DNA from: Hydrolagus affinis
Lineage: Eukaryota
DNA: 54,931 bases
Direction: 5' to 3'
NCBI GenBank assembly: GCA_012026655.1
Contig: JAAILG010000264.1
Location: 62,001 to 116,931 of the forward strand
The notes under the pieces: generated by a model
The model's database searches: none
Told to the model about the DNA's origin: nothing
The model's input: only the letters and a program-made list of their open reading frames with translations
In this document: positions 1 through 13,774 of the stretch, one piece after another
Position numbering within the stretch: the stretch's first letter is position 1
Layout of the letters: every line of letters begins with the position of its first letter
Made by a program: the position numbers and the translations under genes

Positions 1-467
1 TACTTACTGAAGCTTTGAAATTGAAAGCTTAAATACGAGTTCAAGAAAGCATAGCTCCACATCACTAACAATGGGAAATGCATTGTAAATCTTAAGTAAT
101 CTAATGCAGGTATCCTGTATAAAGTGTTGCGAGTGGGCAATCCCAACAGCAAGCCATTAACAAGGTACAGGTCTATATGAAGCATTTGGAAAACAAATTA
201 CACAGAGTTCAAATAGGAGTTTGGAAATTGGTCTCGACCAGCTGACTTCACCAATGCTAATTTCCATTACCATCAATAGACATCGTTTAGTAAACTGGAA
301 ACCGGTTTTCAAAATCAGAAACCCCCCTCTCTTAGTTGCAGTAAACAGTAATGTTCTGACATTTATATTATTCCGATTGCCCCCAAAAGGAAATATTCAA
401 GATTCGTACGCAAACCATTTCAACCGATTCATGACATTCCACCAATGATGTAGTAATAACAATACAA

Positions 468-553
468 CTAATAATAATCCTTGCAATTGATATAGTGCTT
501 TATCATTTCGTCAACATGTCTCAAAGCGCTTCACAGGATATACTTGTGAAGTG
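468..553 (-). mobile_element. SINE 3' tail fragment
   Basis: ataataatccttgcaattgatatagtgct...tctcaaagcgcttcacaggatatac is the reverse complement of the tail shared by the full copies (e.g. 48118-48431). Confidence 0.85.
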
Positions 554-2154
554 GTGGGAATGAGTAGAAGCTCAGCATGTTGAATACGAGTGCTGGTATA
601 ATCAAGTATAATAATGTTAATAAATTAAAAATGCAGGATCGCATTTGAATATTAAGCACATGGGGAAGCCTATTTCCCAAACTAATCTTTTTGCACATTT
701 CCCATAATGAATCCCTTCATATTTACTCTTACTGCACAATCTATCACATATCCTCTGAAGTAGTTTTCAAACACTTCAGTACAGATGTTAGAAAAAGATT
801 AACATATACTGCCAAGTAACCAGGGGTTATCAATAAACTCTGCAAATTAATTAAATTTCTGTTCCAGCATATCATTTATTTCAATGCATAAATGTCTCCA
901 GGGAAGCATTTCTCTTTATTGCTAAGCTGCTGGTGAGTGAACAATGTGCAAAGAAGTCTCTTTGATCACAGTTTCAGGCTTGCTTTGCCTTGCTTGCATC
1001 ATGTTATAATCAATGATTTTCCAATTTCAATCAGTAAAATCTCTGCCAGTTCTTGTCCACTGATAGATTGGTGGATTGGGTTAAACCATCCAAATTGTAT
1101 TGCCATCTTACTTTTTCAGTTATTGGATAATATTGATGGTGTGAGTGACATAGCGCTATGAAAGTACAGTAGTACGCAAATTAGAATAAGGTTACAAATG
1201 TACAAACGCACATACAAAGGTTTTAAAGAAATGGTGGATTCTGCAGCAAATTGAGTGCAGTGCAGGTACTGCTAATGCGATTTAAATCAAGCCTCCAACC
1301 GCTCTACCACAATTCCAACATATTAAATTAGCTTACAAAAACAAGCATTTAGAATGGTAAAGACCCATACTTCATTTACACTTCATTCTCACTGCCGGAA
1401 AGGAAAAGATAATAGAAATTCCTTTTAAATTCAATTTTGGCTATAAGTGTAATTGTAGATATACCCCTTGAGTCATGTAAAACGTTTGGCTAATGTTTCA
1501 TTCAAATTATCCTGCTCCAGTACGCATTCTGTGCTTCACAAAGATCTTCAAAATGTATTAGCAGAACTCATTAGGCTGAAATTTAATAACAAAAACATCA
1601 GGTGGATTTCAAGAACGCCCATTATCAGCAGAAGATGGATAGCTTTTATGCTGCTGTGTAGCCAACTGGGCACAATTTAGATTCAACTAACTAATGTGCC
1701 TGATTTTGATTTATCTGCTGTACTTCACTAGGTTTGTCTTTTATAGTGATCTTTTATTACTCTTTAGCTTGATCAATTTATCAGAATTTTGAGGTGGTGT
1801 GGCACTAGGCTTCACAAAATGTTATTACAAAAAAAAGCAGATAAAGTATTCTCTGCACACTGGATTTAATAGGTAATTTGCTTCAGTTGTGACACTATAT
1901 AATTCATATTAGCTGCAAAAGTTACTGCACTTTCTGGAATTTGCGCTTTGAGGCGGTTGATGGTGGAAGTGAAGAGAAAGTTGTTAAGAATACAGTACTT
2001 CAATCTGGGGGCAGTTGCTGTTCAGTCTGCAAATAAGTTATCCTTGACATATAACGAGTAAATCAGGTTAATTCAAAGGAGTAAATCAGGCCACAGATGC
2101 TTGTCCATCAAGAAGCTTACACATCTCCTTCCCACTTCTTTGTAGTATACTTTT

Positions 2155-2450
2155 GGAGTCCTGTAACTCATTTTACAAGCGTAAGAACTGTGTTCGCATC
2201 CAGGTTGGGCGAAACTTTGGGCAAGTTTCCTTATTTCACAAGCCTAATAATAATCCCTCAAATTAAAAAAACTATAATAAATTGATCATTTCATTCCACG
2301 ACTGGTGGGACACTGCTGTGCGCAATTGGCTGCCGCGTTTCGCCCCATAAATATACAATCAATTCACTTTACAGTATATTCTGTGAAGTGCTTTGAGAGA
2401 TCTAGAAGACGTGAAAAGAATTATATCAAATGCAAGGATTATTATTGTTA
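2155..2450 (+). mobile_element. tRNA-derived SINE, near full length with a deletion in the head
   Basis: Starts ggagtcctgtaactca; B-box-like gttcgcatcc; body gggacactgctgtgcgcaattggctgccgcgtttcgccc; tail gacgtgaaaa...atcaaatgcaaggattattatt. Confidence 0.92.
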
Positions 2451-2715
2451 TATCTATGTAATCCAACCTATGTAATCCAACTGAATGTGATTCCACTACC
2501 CTTCCCACCCTTGCGTACACACACAAGTTCATTCAATTAGTTTTTAAATTCCGTTTCTCCAGTTCTCCACCTGCCACTTACATGTTCTCTCATCTGCTCC
2601 CTAGTGTCATTCTAGGAATCGTGTCTAGGCAAGTTCATGAGTTTCTTTTCGAACAGACAGGAATCCCCAATCGTTTCGCACGATAGTTTGACTAACTTGT
2701 GATCTATATTAATTG

Positions 2716-2795
2716 TAATAATAATCCTTGCATTTGATAAAGCTCCTTATCACATTACCGAGACGCCTGAAAGCGCTTCACAGAATATTCTGCAA
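2716..2795 (-). mobile_element. SINE 3' tail fragment
   Basis: taataataatccttgcatttgata...aaagcgcttcacagaatattctg. Confidence 0.8.
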
Positions 2796-5713
2796 TGCCC
2801 TGATTTGAGCCCAAATTTCTGCTTGGGTGACCAGTCAATTTTAGCCCGGGCAGTTATTGTGACAGGCCTGTATAGAGCGATGTGTTTATGCAATTTAGGT
2901 ACTCTTTAATTCAATCAATACTACACAGTTGTGCTCATTGTCAATGTATTTTGGAAACAAACAAGTACAAATAAGCCTTGAAGGTATTATGCTCGGAACA
3001 ATGATATTCTGTTCATTCTATTTCCAGGTCTTTTGATTATCATTCCAGTGTTGTGGTATCGCAGTATTCAGCAGCGACCAACACTCCAGGCACTGACACT
3101 CTCCCAGCCTCTCAGAGATTAATTGTGCTGCTGTTAGCCTGTAATTAGCACGGGATGTGGCGTTCCCACAAGTTACCAATTTGATGAACCCAGAATAAAC
3201 CAACATGAGCAAAACCTGTTGCAGTTACGAGTTATCATGCTGTATATGGCGGAGGGTCAGGGGTGAAAATAACCAACTGACCAGACAAATGAAGTGGGAT
3301 AAAAAAATTCTTTAGGCAGAAATAACTTTAATTGGCTACGGGTATACCAGCAGCCAGATCTTGTAGCATCATCTCATTTTATTATTAAAAAAAAGCTCCA
3401 TTGGATTACAGATGACTTAAAATGAAGCGAGTACATGCAGAAAACTGCAACATTTAAATACTCCTGCCTTGCGACTGACTGAGAAAATACCATTTTATAC
3501 CTCAAAAATGGTTTGGATAGCAATAAAACCCCATCTTCTAAACGTCTCATTTAGATAAATATCCTAGTTCTTGAATGCTGGTATTCTATTCTTAAGATGC
3601 AGTGTATAAATGATTACAATGCAATGAATTCAAATCCACAATTCAGATTTGGAGATGATGGAATAGGAATTCTAATGTGGGTTCGGTGCACCTATTCCTT
3701 ATTGTTTGGGATTACTTTTGTGAAGATGTCAACTTGAATTAATTAAATAATATGGAGGAATAAAGACATTCACAGCTGATTAAGTAGGAAATGTTGCTGC
3801 TGATAAATTCTTCAAAATTATCTCATTTGCTCCAGCAGTAACAGAACATGTCTCCAATTGTATTTGCGAAGACAGTATCTCTGCCACTGATATTTATCAC
3901 TTAAAGGGGAGTATTATATTAAAAGGGACATTAGATTTTGTCTTTAAATACATTTGGGGACGCGATACACAAACTTTTCATGCCACTCTTTTTACAAGAA
4001 AATTAATGAAAGATTACTCTCACTGACCAAGACACTAATGAATGCAAACCTATAATTGCAAGTCTGCTGATGTTTATCATCAAAATGAATCTCATGGCAA
4101 TGAGTTGGTGATGGAAACCCAATAAATCAATGTTTTAATAGTCTACTAAAGACCAGAGTATCCTATACTAATGTCAGTTGAAATAAAATGGGGAGCTTCA
4201 TCTACAACAACAAAAATTCTTTGTTGAGTATCAGTCAGGATGAAAATGAGGTTTCCATAATTTCACCGCTCTTTGCAATTTCTACATAAATGATTGATTA
4301 AAACAATCAAATGTTTTAACCTAATCAGCACAAGTAGTCCTTGGCCACTTTGAAACTGTGCCACTTTTATCAACATGTCAAACGCTGTCACAACCTGTTT
4401 TTATTCATCTGTAATTTTCTGTAATTTAACTAATAAAAATGTAAGGATGAAACTATATAGATCATTTATCGGCACTTTTGAACAAAAAAAACTCTTCAAT
4501 CGTTTCATTTTCTATATTGGTGCAAAAACGCTCCAATAACCTTAGAACGGCTGGCGCTATTTAAACTATTTAAACCATCATTAGTTTGTTATATTCACTG
4601 ACACAATTGTTCAGCTGCAACTATTTTAGGAAACTATTCAGTGAGTGCTTCAGCGCATGTTGCTATTTGTTTTCTATTGCTATATAGCTGTTACCGTGCC
4701 AAATTTTGCAGCTGAAGATTTTATTACTGTTTTATTGCCTCTGAATAATGTACGTGCTGTGATGTGTGGTGTCCCTGCTATTCAGCAGACACAAACAATC
4801 ATTTAGTTTATTCTACTCCTCATTAAGAGCAGAACAGGATTTCAATCCTGTGTGAGGATTGACAGTGAAATCTCCATTAATGCAACGCAGAGGACTGCCC
4901 GCCAGTGGTACTCTGTAACATAGTGGCATTAATAAATCCAACTGGGTAGAGGCACATGGCTGGCATGACATTATTGTGTCCAATTTTGCAATGAGAGAAT
5001 AATACATGGGTTCTGGCTTTGAATAGACACAGGTACTGAACAACAATCTTAGCATTTGCAACCAGATCTTTCAAAAGAAACACAAGGAGGTACTGGACGG
5101 AGGACCATTTTGTGCACGCCACAAAAGCAGCAGCCAGGCTTCTGTGCTTCAGCACAACGTTGGCAGTGCAAGACAAGGAAGCTGAAGAACACATAAATTA
5201 TGATTTACACATTCATCTGACTGCACATGATGCCGCACTGTGCTGCAAGGTAAAATAAAAGCACTTATGGCCACCAGAAGATTGCTATTAGCGTTTGCAT
5301 TGGTGGTGATCTACACCGCAGCAATCAAATAACAAGCAATAATAAAATAGCAAAGTTATCGCAATTGTACAATGGATGTGGGCTTTGCCAGGTGGCATTT
5401 TGGTGACAGCATTTAATGAAAGAGCTTTAAAATTCTGACAAATGAAGAGATCATAGCTCAACAAAGCTATGAAAAAGAAATGAAAGAAACTGTCCTTTTC
5501 CCACAGTTTTCATTCCTCAAACCGTTTAATAGTATTAATTTAATATCATTAACATAACTAATTTTTCAATTATTATTGTGCCAATAGACATACTAAAATA
5601 CTGCAATGCAAATAGCTTTGCTTTTTTTGTTCCCAATGCCCCTCCCCCCAACCATCCATTGCTTCAAAGACTATTGGTGACTTGTTTCCATTCAGATGCA
5701 CATCACAGATTAA

Positions 5714-5835
5714 TTTGTGGGCGTTTTGGCCACAAATATACAGTCAATTCACTTTATGGTATATTCTGTGAAGCGCTTTGAGACGTCTAGAAGATGTGAA
5801 AAACGCTATATCAAATGCAAGGATTATTATTATTA
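5714..5835 (+). mobile_element. SINE 3' part with internal deletion
   Basis: tttgtggg joined directly to cgttttggccacaaatatacagtcaattcac; intact tail to caaggattattattatta. Confidence 0.9.
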
Positions 5836-8166
5836 AAGCTCCTCCACATTGCCAAAAAAATAATAGAAACTGCTAATAGAAACAGAATTGAAATTAACAC
5901 CAAGATATCCAAAATAAAATCGATCTAATTCATCAAAGTAGACAATTGGCGAGAGAAAAAACTTTTTCTTGTGTTTCTAGAAGATCACAATATCAGCCCT
6001 GTTCTTTCTCAGCTTAAGTCTCTGTTGCCAGAAAATATCATGAAGACAAAGTAGCTGCCTAAAGGTTCACCAACACTACACTTTTCCATACGTTCATCAC
6101 CTCTGCCCCAGATAGTTTTTCTGGAATCCATGCTCACTCATGCTCACTCTCTTTTCTGGCTCCAATCAGCCAATACCAAACACCATATTCTAGGATTAAT
6201 TGATCTCCTGTCTTGTTAGATTGGATGGGCTGAGATTATTTTCTTTATCCTCTCTTGTGGTCTTTTTTCCCTCAAACACAAAGAATCTGTATATTAACAA
6301 TATTCTCATTGCATATGCCTTCCGTGGCCACCAGCAACAATCACAGTCCATGATGGAATGCCATCTTCACACCACAACAATTGTTACCCAATTCAAGTCA
6401 GAACCACTGCTTTATGATGAAAGACTGGGAAACACATGCATCTACAAAAAAAATGGATTGAAAAAATTACGATTTGTAGTACAGCACATGGCTAAAAAAA
6501 CATCCTCCTATCACTGTAGTGTTTGAAGCACATGCAAGCTATTTTATCCTGCATGCTTCAGGAACATAATTCTCTATACACTTCAGTTCTCTACCCTATC
6601 TATTTTTAAGTCTTTCATTTCCAATACTTATATCAGAGTTGCCGGAGAGAGCTTGCGAGACGAAAACAATCTTTTGGGATAAGGTGATAATTTTCTCACA
6701 ATTGTTCAGATAACACTCACCTCATAATCAGTTCATTCAAAATTCCACACTCCATGCCACTATACTAATTGACTGTAGAGCACAGAAGATATTTTTACAC
6801 CATGAGCTACATGTTCAATGGACCAGGCATGAAAGAAAGTTCATTATTACTGGACAGTGCAAAGCAGTATGCCAAAGATAAAATAAAAACAGATAATACT
6901 TAAAATATATCTGAATGAAACAAAAACATACATTATCTGGAAGCCCAGGGATCAAAACTGGCAGTTTACTTTGAAGACACTGAACTGAAGATACCGCTAA
7001 TGATTCAAGTAGCCAAACAGATTTCTACTTCTGCATGTCACCCCACAAATCCTTCAACTAAATCACTCTCAACAAGTAATTGAGGATACACACACACGTA
7101 CACACAAACACACAGCCGGTGTGAAGGTAATTTACAAAAGTATCCTCACTTTTTCTCCCTCTTCACTGACAAAGATGATTCATTAACATTTACACAATCC
7201 TTTTCCCTTTCTTGGTGTGACTCAAAACAAGGTTAATTTAATTTAGATAAAGACTGCTGGAAGCCGGCAGGGCACCCTGAAGCCCAGTCCCTTTAGTTTG
7301 CAGCAACATGACATTGATGTGGAGTTTCCAAACAACTGTGAAGCTGTGCTTCATTGTGTTATAACTGAGAACTGTCAGTGGGTGGCAGAAGAAGCACAAT
7401 TTACAAGACGTTTTCTAATTACTTCTCTGGGGTGTTTCAATAACATTCAGTGGGCATTTTATAAGAACGAAGGGTCTTTTAAAAGTTTCAATCATCAATA
7501 CTCAATACATATTTCATTGAGGTGCTCACACTTAAAAGTAACTGTTAAACACTAAAGCCAAAGTTTCAGCTGATAGAAGGCAACAATGCCTGCTTGGAGT
7601 TATTTAATCCAATAGTTTTATTGAATGTTCAGAGGCTGATCCTATTTTAGATTAAAATATAGTGGATATTTTAATGAATCATACTGTACAGTGCAAGCTG
7701 ATGTGACTTGTGCTATTGTGTAAAATGTCAAACTGTATGTACTGATTAAAAATAAATAAGCTTGTGTATCTATTCCGTTCGTTTCGTTAAAAGAACAGGA
7801 ATGTGTAAAATTCTTTACCATTGTACTGAACTTTTACTCACATGTTGTCAATAGATGGCATTATAGCACTGGAATATCATAGAACAATTCCCTTTTCTGG
7901 GATTAATTCCTTCTCCTGTATTTAAAGAAAATCTCTTCTGCGTAGAAAAGACACTCGTCCATCCGTGATCTTTTATTGCATGAAAGACAATTATGACACT
8001 TTTCTCCTCAAGCCTGAATATCTCAATATTGCCAACATTTGGTCTTGCAGGGGATCAAAAAAGAAAAAGTCAACAGTGAACAAAGTGATTGGAAATTTAA
8101 ATAATTATTACTTAATAATAATAATTATTACTTAATAATCACGTTTGAAGTTTTAATAATTACTTC

Positions 8167-8345
8167 AATAATAAGAATTCTTGCAATTTGATATGCAGCC
8201 TTATCACACCGCTGGAACATCTCACCGCTTCACAGTGAATTGACTGTGTATTTTGTAGGCAAAACGTGGTAGCCTATTGCACACAGCAGTGTCCCACAAA
8301 CAGTTGGGGATTGAGTGACCAAATTATTATTACTATTATTGGTTT
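8167..8345 (-). mobile_element. SINE 3' half, diverged
   Basis: Reverse-complement tail followed by gtgaattgactgtg...attgcacacagcagtgtcccacaaacag. Confidence 0.85.
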
Positions 8346-8842
8346 TTGCCACTGCTGTACAGAAAACGCTTCAGATATGTCCATGCTACAAGTGTCAAAT
8401 CCCATAAAGTTCTATCAATAACCAATCAAAGGGTTGGTTGAAGTCGAAGACTTATTGTTGGTGGATTGTATTCATTTTCTTTGTTAATATGCATACAATC
8501 AAACTTTTACCCCTGTCTGAAATGTTGCTTGACTGCAGATTGCCCTTTATCACAACCAAAGAACATTTTGAACACAACACATCCAAAGGATGACCAACTC
8601 CGTTTAACGTGTTTAAAGAGCTTTTTGACCAAGGAAACCAAACAAGGTCCCATTTCAATGAAGGAACTGAGCATATCTAGTCATTTCACACATCTTCTGA
8701 TACCTTGTTTTACAAACTGATAATATCTTCAGACATGACTCAATGTCATGACAATGGCTGTTCATCATATGACAACAAAACACATACCTGTCTTAGGAAG
8801 AGGTGATACCCATTTAATACAGTATTGCGCTTATTCACACAC

Positions 8843-9200
8843 AATAACAATAACTTTGATTTATATAGCGCCCTCCACGCCGGATGGTGTCTCAGAGCGC
8901 TTCACAATAACAGATCCCGGGCCGAGCCAGGGGAAGGGGGAAAAAGGTGACAGAAGTCGTGGTCGAACAGAAAGGTCTTTTGCCAGGACCTGAAACTAGG
9001 AAGAGAAGAAGTGAGGTGAAGGGAGTGAGGAAGGGAGTTCCAGAGTTTCGGGGCAGAGTGGCTGAAGGCACGGCCGCCGTTGGTGGAGCGAAGTTTTCCG
9101 GGGACAAGGAGGAGACCAGAACCGGAGGAGCGAAGGCAACGGGTGTGGTTTGGGGAGAGAGGAGGTCAGAGAGGTAGGGGGGGTGCAGAGGAATGGAGAG
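8843..9200 (-). mobile_element. L2-clade LINE 3' end (ORF2 C-terminus and 3' UTR), 5'-truncated
   Basis: Minus-strand translation with one frameshift reads PPYLSDLL / LRSSGSGLLLVP...GGRAFSHSAPKLWNSLP...FRSWQKTFLF, typical of the L2 ORF2 C-terminus; tail agcgctctgagac...agggcgctatataaatcaaagttattgttattg. Confidence 0.92.
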
Positions 9201-9256
9201 ACACATAAGCACATAAATGACAGTGTTATTGTGTAACAGCGCTACATCTTATTACA

Positions 9257-9322
9257 CTCTCTCCCTCCTTCCCTCTCTCCCTCCTTCCCTCCCATCTCTC
9301 TCTCTCTCCCCGCTCCCTCCTT
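9257..9322. repeat. Pyrimidine-rich (CT/CCCT) low-complexity tract
   Basis: ctctctccctccttccctctctccctccttccctcccatctctctctctc. Confidence 0.85.
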
Positions 9323-9343
9323 CGCGCATAAAAAAACAGTCGC

Positions 9344-9433
9344 CACATTTTACAGTATATTCTGTGAAGCGCTTTGAGACACAGTCTAGAAGACGTGATC
9401 AGATGCAATATCAAATGCAAGGATTGTTATTAT
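9344..9433 (+). mobile_element. SINE 3' tail fragment
   Basis: ttttacagtatattctgtgaagcgctttgagac...atatcaaatgcaaggattgttatta. Confidence 0.85.
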
Positions 9434-9525
9434 ATTCCGTGAAGCCAAATTGGCCACTCTGTTTCGCCCCCCTTCCCCACCCCCCACCCCCCCACCTGCT
9501 CCCTCCTTCCCCATCCTGACCACCC

Positions 9526-9866
9526 CCTGTAGCTCAGTGGTTAGAGCACTCGCCTTAGAAGCATGAGGCCTGTGTTCGAATCCAGGTAGATCAGATCAGG
9601 GCGAAACCTTGGGCAAGTTTCCTTACGCCACACACACACACACCCACACCCACGTCTAATAATAATCTGTCCCCCAAAAGAACAAAAATAAAATTGGTCA
9701 TTTTCAACCCACTGTTGGCTGTTTGTGGGGATGCTGCTGTGCGCAATTGGCTACTGCATTTCGCTCTCCCACAAATATATATACAGTCAATTCACTTTAC
9801 AGTATATTCTGTGAAGCACTTTGAGATGTCGATAAGATGTGAAAATGCAAGGATTATTATTATTAT
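9526..9866 (+). mobile_element. tRNA-derived SINE, full length, with intact Pol III A and B boxes
   Basis: A box tagctcagtgg, B box gttcgaatcc, shared body, tail ending caaggattattattatta; internal (CA)n expansion. Confidence 0.95.
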
Positions 9867-9980
9867 ATTTTGCTGAAAGTAAGCTTCCTTCAAAAAGACC
9901 TCAAACTCAACATACAAAGATTATGTTGCAATGGGTGACCAAATAGTATATCTCCACAATGCTTACTTTTTGATAAAAAG

Positions 9981-10095
9981 CAACAATAATGACAAAATTA
10001 CATTTCTATAGCGCCTTTCACGTCAGGAGGATGTCCCACAGTTGGCGCTGGACAGTTATTGATTCAGACCCGAGCTGAGGAAAGGGTGGGGGGGA
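9981..10095 (-). mobile_element. L2 3' tail stub (family b)
   Basis: caacaataatgacaaaattacatttctatagcgcctttcacgtcaggaggatgtccca...gacccgagctg matches 54761-54860. Confidence 0.85.
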
Positions 10096-11700
10096 AAAGC
10101 AGTGGTAAACATTGGATTTCCTGGGCTTAATTCCACCTTTTTGTAGCTTCACTGTGTCAAGTCAAGTCAAGTCAAAAAGTTCATTTTGAATTTTTGAAAC
10201 AGATTTATACAATAGAAATGAACAGATTGGGAGTTAAAGCGTTAGTTTCATCACGAGTTACCTTCTCTTATATTGTATTAAATTTGCATGAGACATTTGA
10301 CTGCACCGTATTCCTCTTCAAGATGTAAGCAACATCAGGTGAACATCATTCAAACAGAATAGTTATTGGGGCCCTCACGTATTCATAAATATCAAACCAA
10401 AAGATATGTAGATACAGGTAATAATGCTCTCCAATCCAAAAAAAATGTGGGTACAATGAGTAAATCAGCAAACAATTTGAAATTTTTTCCCAAATTCAAT
10501 GGTTGTCAAGCTTGCAGCATATATGTGGTTTCTGAGCAAGACTGAATAAAATTATACATGTGGCTGAATTAAATAAAAAATCAAGTATTATATGATCAGC
10601 TAAGTGAATAATAAAATATATATATATAAAAAAATAGAATCCAACTAAGTGTGCGTGTTGTAGACCTGCATTGAAAATGCTGCTGTTCTTCTTAAAAAGA
10701 CAATCGAGTGCAGAGACCCAAGGTTAAAAAAGAAAGATATCAGCACTTGCGGTAAAAACACAACGCTCTCAAGCCTCCCCACAGACATCACAAGTCCTGG
10801 TTGCTGCCTACTGTATTAAGTCTGCCTTTCTCATCACTTAATGCTTATTTTCATCACTTTGTTTAAAATATTGATAATCAATTACAGCTACGTCTGTTTT
10901 GCTACAGATTCTGTGTCACAGTCTATCAGACTGTCAGGACCAATTCGGTCCTTATTCAAAGTTAATTTTTTCTTCATAAATCTGCCTTTGGAGGAGTCAT
11001 TAAGTGCAGAACATAGCCTGAGGTGCAATCACCTATTCTCTTTCATTAGGAACAGGCAGGGAAGGTGAGGGAGATTATTAGAACTTTGCAATGATCACAA
11101 AGCAGCGTGCTGCCTGTCAGATCCCCCCAACATTTAATTCATCTCGCCAACTTCAGGGAAGTCTTGCCAACAGTTTTAAATGGACATTATTCATGAACAT
11201 CTGTGACACAGTGAATATTTTGAACTTGAAATGATGAAAAGGAATTGCCCTCTTGACTTGAAAATTAGTGCGATGACAAGAACATTAAGAGTAAATAAAT
11301 AAACCCAAACAGTTTCAAGATGTTTACCTAGAAATGCGGCACAAACAGTCATTTAAAAAATATGTACAGGTATATTCAATTTAAACACATGCTGAACTGT
11401 CTTCAAGGCGCATTCAGCAGAGAACAAAAATAGGCAGAATCGATTTATTTAACCAATTGTTTCTTTATTTGAAAAGAAAAAGTCGCCTACACCATCAAAC
11501 TCAGGAACATGACCTGGGAAGGTCGTATCAGACAAGAAAAAATATACAAATTGAAGAAAGATTTGCATTTCTCATTGGAATGCACCTTGCACACTTCCTC
11601 AAGGCTGGCTGTTCTGTCAAAGTGAGACTAGAGGTCTGAATCCAGCCAAATGGATAACAGCTAACAGGCCTTGAACCACTTTCTCTCTCTATCAGGGACT

Positions 11701-11768
11701 TTCAGCGCCTTAGGACGTCCTCTCGACATGAAAGACGCTCTATTAATGTAATTTTATCGTTGTTGTTT
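11701..11768 (+). mobile_element. L2 3' tail stub (family b)
   Basis: cagcgccttaggacgtcctctcgacatgaaagacgctctattaatgtaattttatcgttgttg. Confidence 0.85.
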
Positions 11769-12599
11769 CTCTCTCTCTCTCTCTCCTCTCAGATAACGGA
11801 TATGCCTTCTTTTGCACCATCAACGATTGCTGACTATTATTGCCTTTGTATAAAGGCGATGAAATTATTGAATGATTTATTAAGAAAATAGGATTCCTAG
11901 AACAAGATTCAGATTCATTTTAACAAAACGCTAGTGTTGTTTACAATTGTGCGTCCACTGCACTTCCAAAAGTTTCAAAAACATAAAAAGGTTTACTGGG
12001 TATTTCATTTTTGCAATCTTCTCTCTCCCCCTCCCCATCACAATGTGACATTGAGCTGCATGACAGTCAATATATATCTTACTGTTTCACCTTGGATACC
12101 TGAAGCAAACGGTCTGTGACAGTGTCATGATCAGGAATAATGAATGTAAACCTTGATAAACTACATTTAATAATGAAATCCATATGCAAAACACACATCA
12201 GGTTCGAGAGCTTTATCATAGTAACTACACAATAAATAAGGTTGTAGGCATCTTTACCTCGATAGCAGAGCAGACATCATTTGGAGCAGGGATTAAAGTA
12301 ACTTACATGCAATGTATGTATTCACATTCTCAGCACTTGACGAGTCGAAATAATGGGAACATTTTAAGGAAGGACACATTTCAATACCGTACATATTGAG
12401 GTACATTCTTTCTTCGGTGTGTCCACTATTTTGAGTCAGTTGTGAGTACTGTATTATTAATATTATTATTATGCTCACAGTGTATTTAAGATTTTCTGAA
12501 ATACGCAATTTTGAGATTTCTTTTTTTATTCAAAAATTTTCACACAAAAATTCGAGCTTTCTAGTTTATAGATGTGAGAATTTGAGAGAAGGAACTGGA

Positions 12600-12735
12600 G
12601 AGGATGGATCTTGATCATTTATATGGATGGCGATTTCACAAATATGGTGGCTTGTTATACTGGGTCATGAGTACAAATTGTGTTTTGAAGGATGCATTCT
12701 TATTCTCGTTTTGGAGTTTTATTTCAGAAAGTGTA
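12600..12735 (+). mobile_element. Possible highly decayed CR1 ORF2 C-terminal remnant
   Basis: ggtcatgagtacaaattg encodes GHEYKL, similar to the CR1 TRGHxxKL motif; the rest is poorly conserved. Confidence 0.35.
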
Positions 12736-13774
12736 TATTTATTACAATAAATCAGAGTCATTATGGGTTGTGTATCTGCCATTATTGGTCTAAGTTACCA
12801 ACGCCTGTATTATTATTAAAAAAAAGTCAAGCTGACTGAGTGTCTGCTATTAAGAAATTTTTAGTACTTCTATCTTTCACACAAAGAATATTTCCCTGGG
12901 GCACTGTACTAATGAAATATGTGCAGCGTTTTACCTGTGGTACCAGTTGCTCAGGACATGGTTCCACACAGCCTGCTAATCATACGTTAGAGGCTTAATT
13001 ATTAATAAGTTATTGCAATTAATGGTGCCATCACAATTACCCTAGTCTTCTTATGGTAAAACCAATTAACAATGGGTTTTAGAATTTCAGAAGGTAAGCC
13101 TCCACTGTGAATAAATGATGGTGGTGACTGCTCAACTCCGTTTATCTTTCTCCTCAGATATTTATTGTGAAATAACTATGGAGAGCGAGCAAAGCAGAAT
13201 TGTGTAGGATTTTGTCTCGCGTGCACGTCTAACAGTGGGTGGTCTGTGAATTCGTAGAGATGGGGTTAGAAGGAGAGGAGATCTTGTTTTTGTTACAATG
13301 GCGATATCAATCCTTACAGGGCTGAAGAAAGCAGAACATTAATAGGACAGCGGCATTCGAAGTGCAAATGTAAAAATTTTGACCCTGCTGGGGGAAACTA
13401 ATTCCTGTGCCTTCCAACGAAAGAGCACGGTAGGAAGCAGAAGATCACTACAAATAGAATATTTCACCCACTTTCAATCAACGCGGGGTCCGTTGTAATC
13501 GGCTTCAGCCTCCGTATCAAAATTCAGTCATGTCAAAGATATTACCAGGATTGAAGTGAAACAATCCCAGCCACTATTTCTCATTTACATAACCAGGAGA
13601 TAAAACCTATGTAGCAATCCACTATTTCCTCCAAATGCACCAAGTCAAAGCTGCATACTCTATTACCAAAGTATATGTCTACAACAAGTCTCCTCAGTCT
13701 CCAGTATTAATGTTAATTAACAATACAACCACAGAAAGCATTGGTCCAAGGTACCCCAACTCTGCTTCTGAAGA

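Noticed and set aside
8101-8139. 20-bp tandem duplication, and similar short ones at about 2455, 6129, 39274 and 49370
   Set aside because: Ordinary slippage duplications with no further structure.
9526-9597. tRNA gene (A/B boxes and cloverleaf-like arms; also in the copies at 19676, 32105 and 48118)
   Set aside because: The acceptor stem is incomplete, the anticodon position varies among copies (TAG, TAC, TGC, CAC), and each head continues into SINE body.
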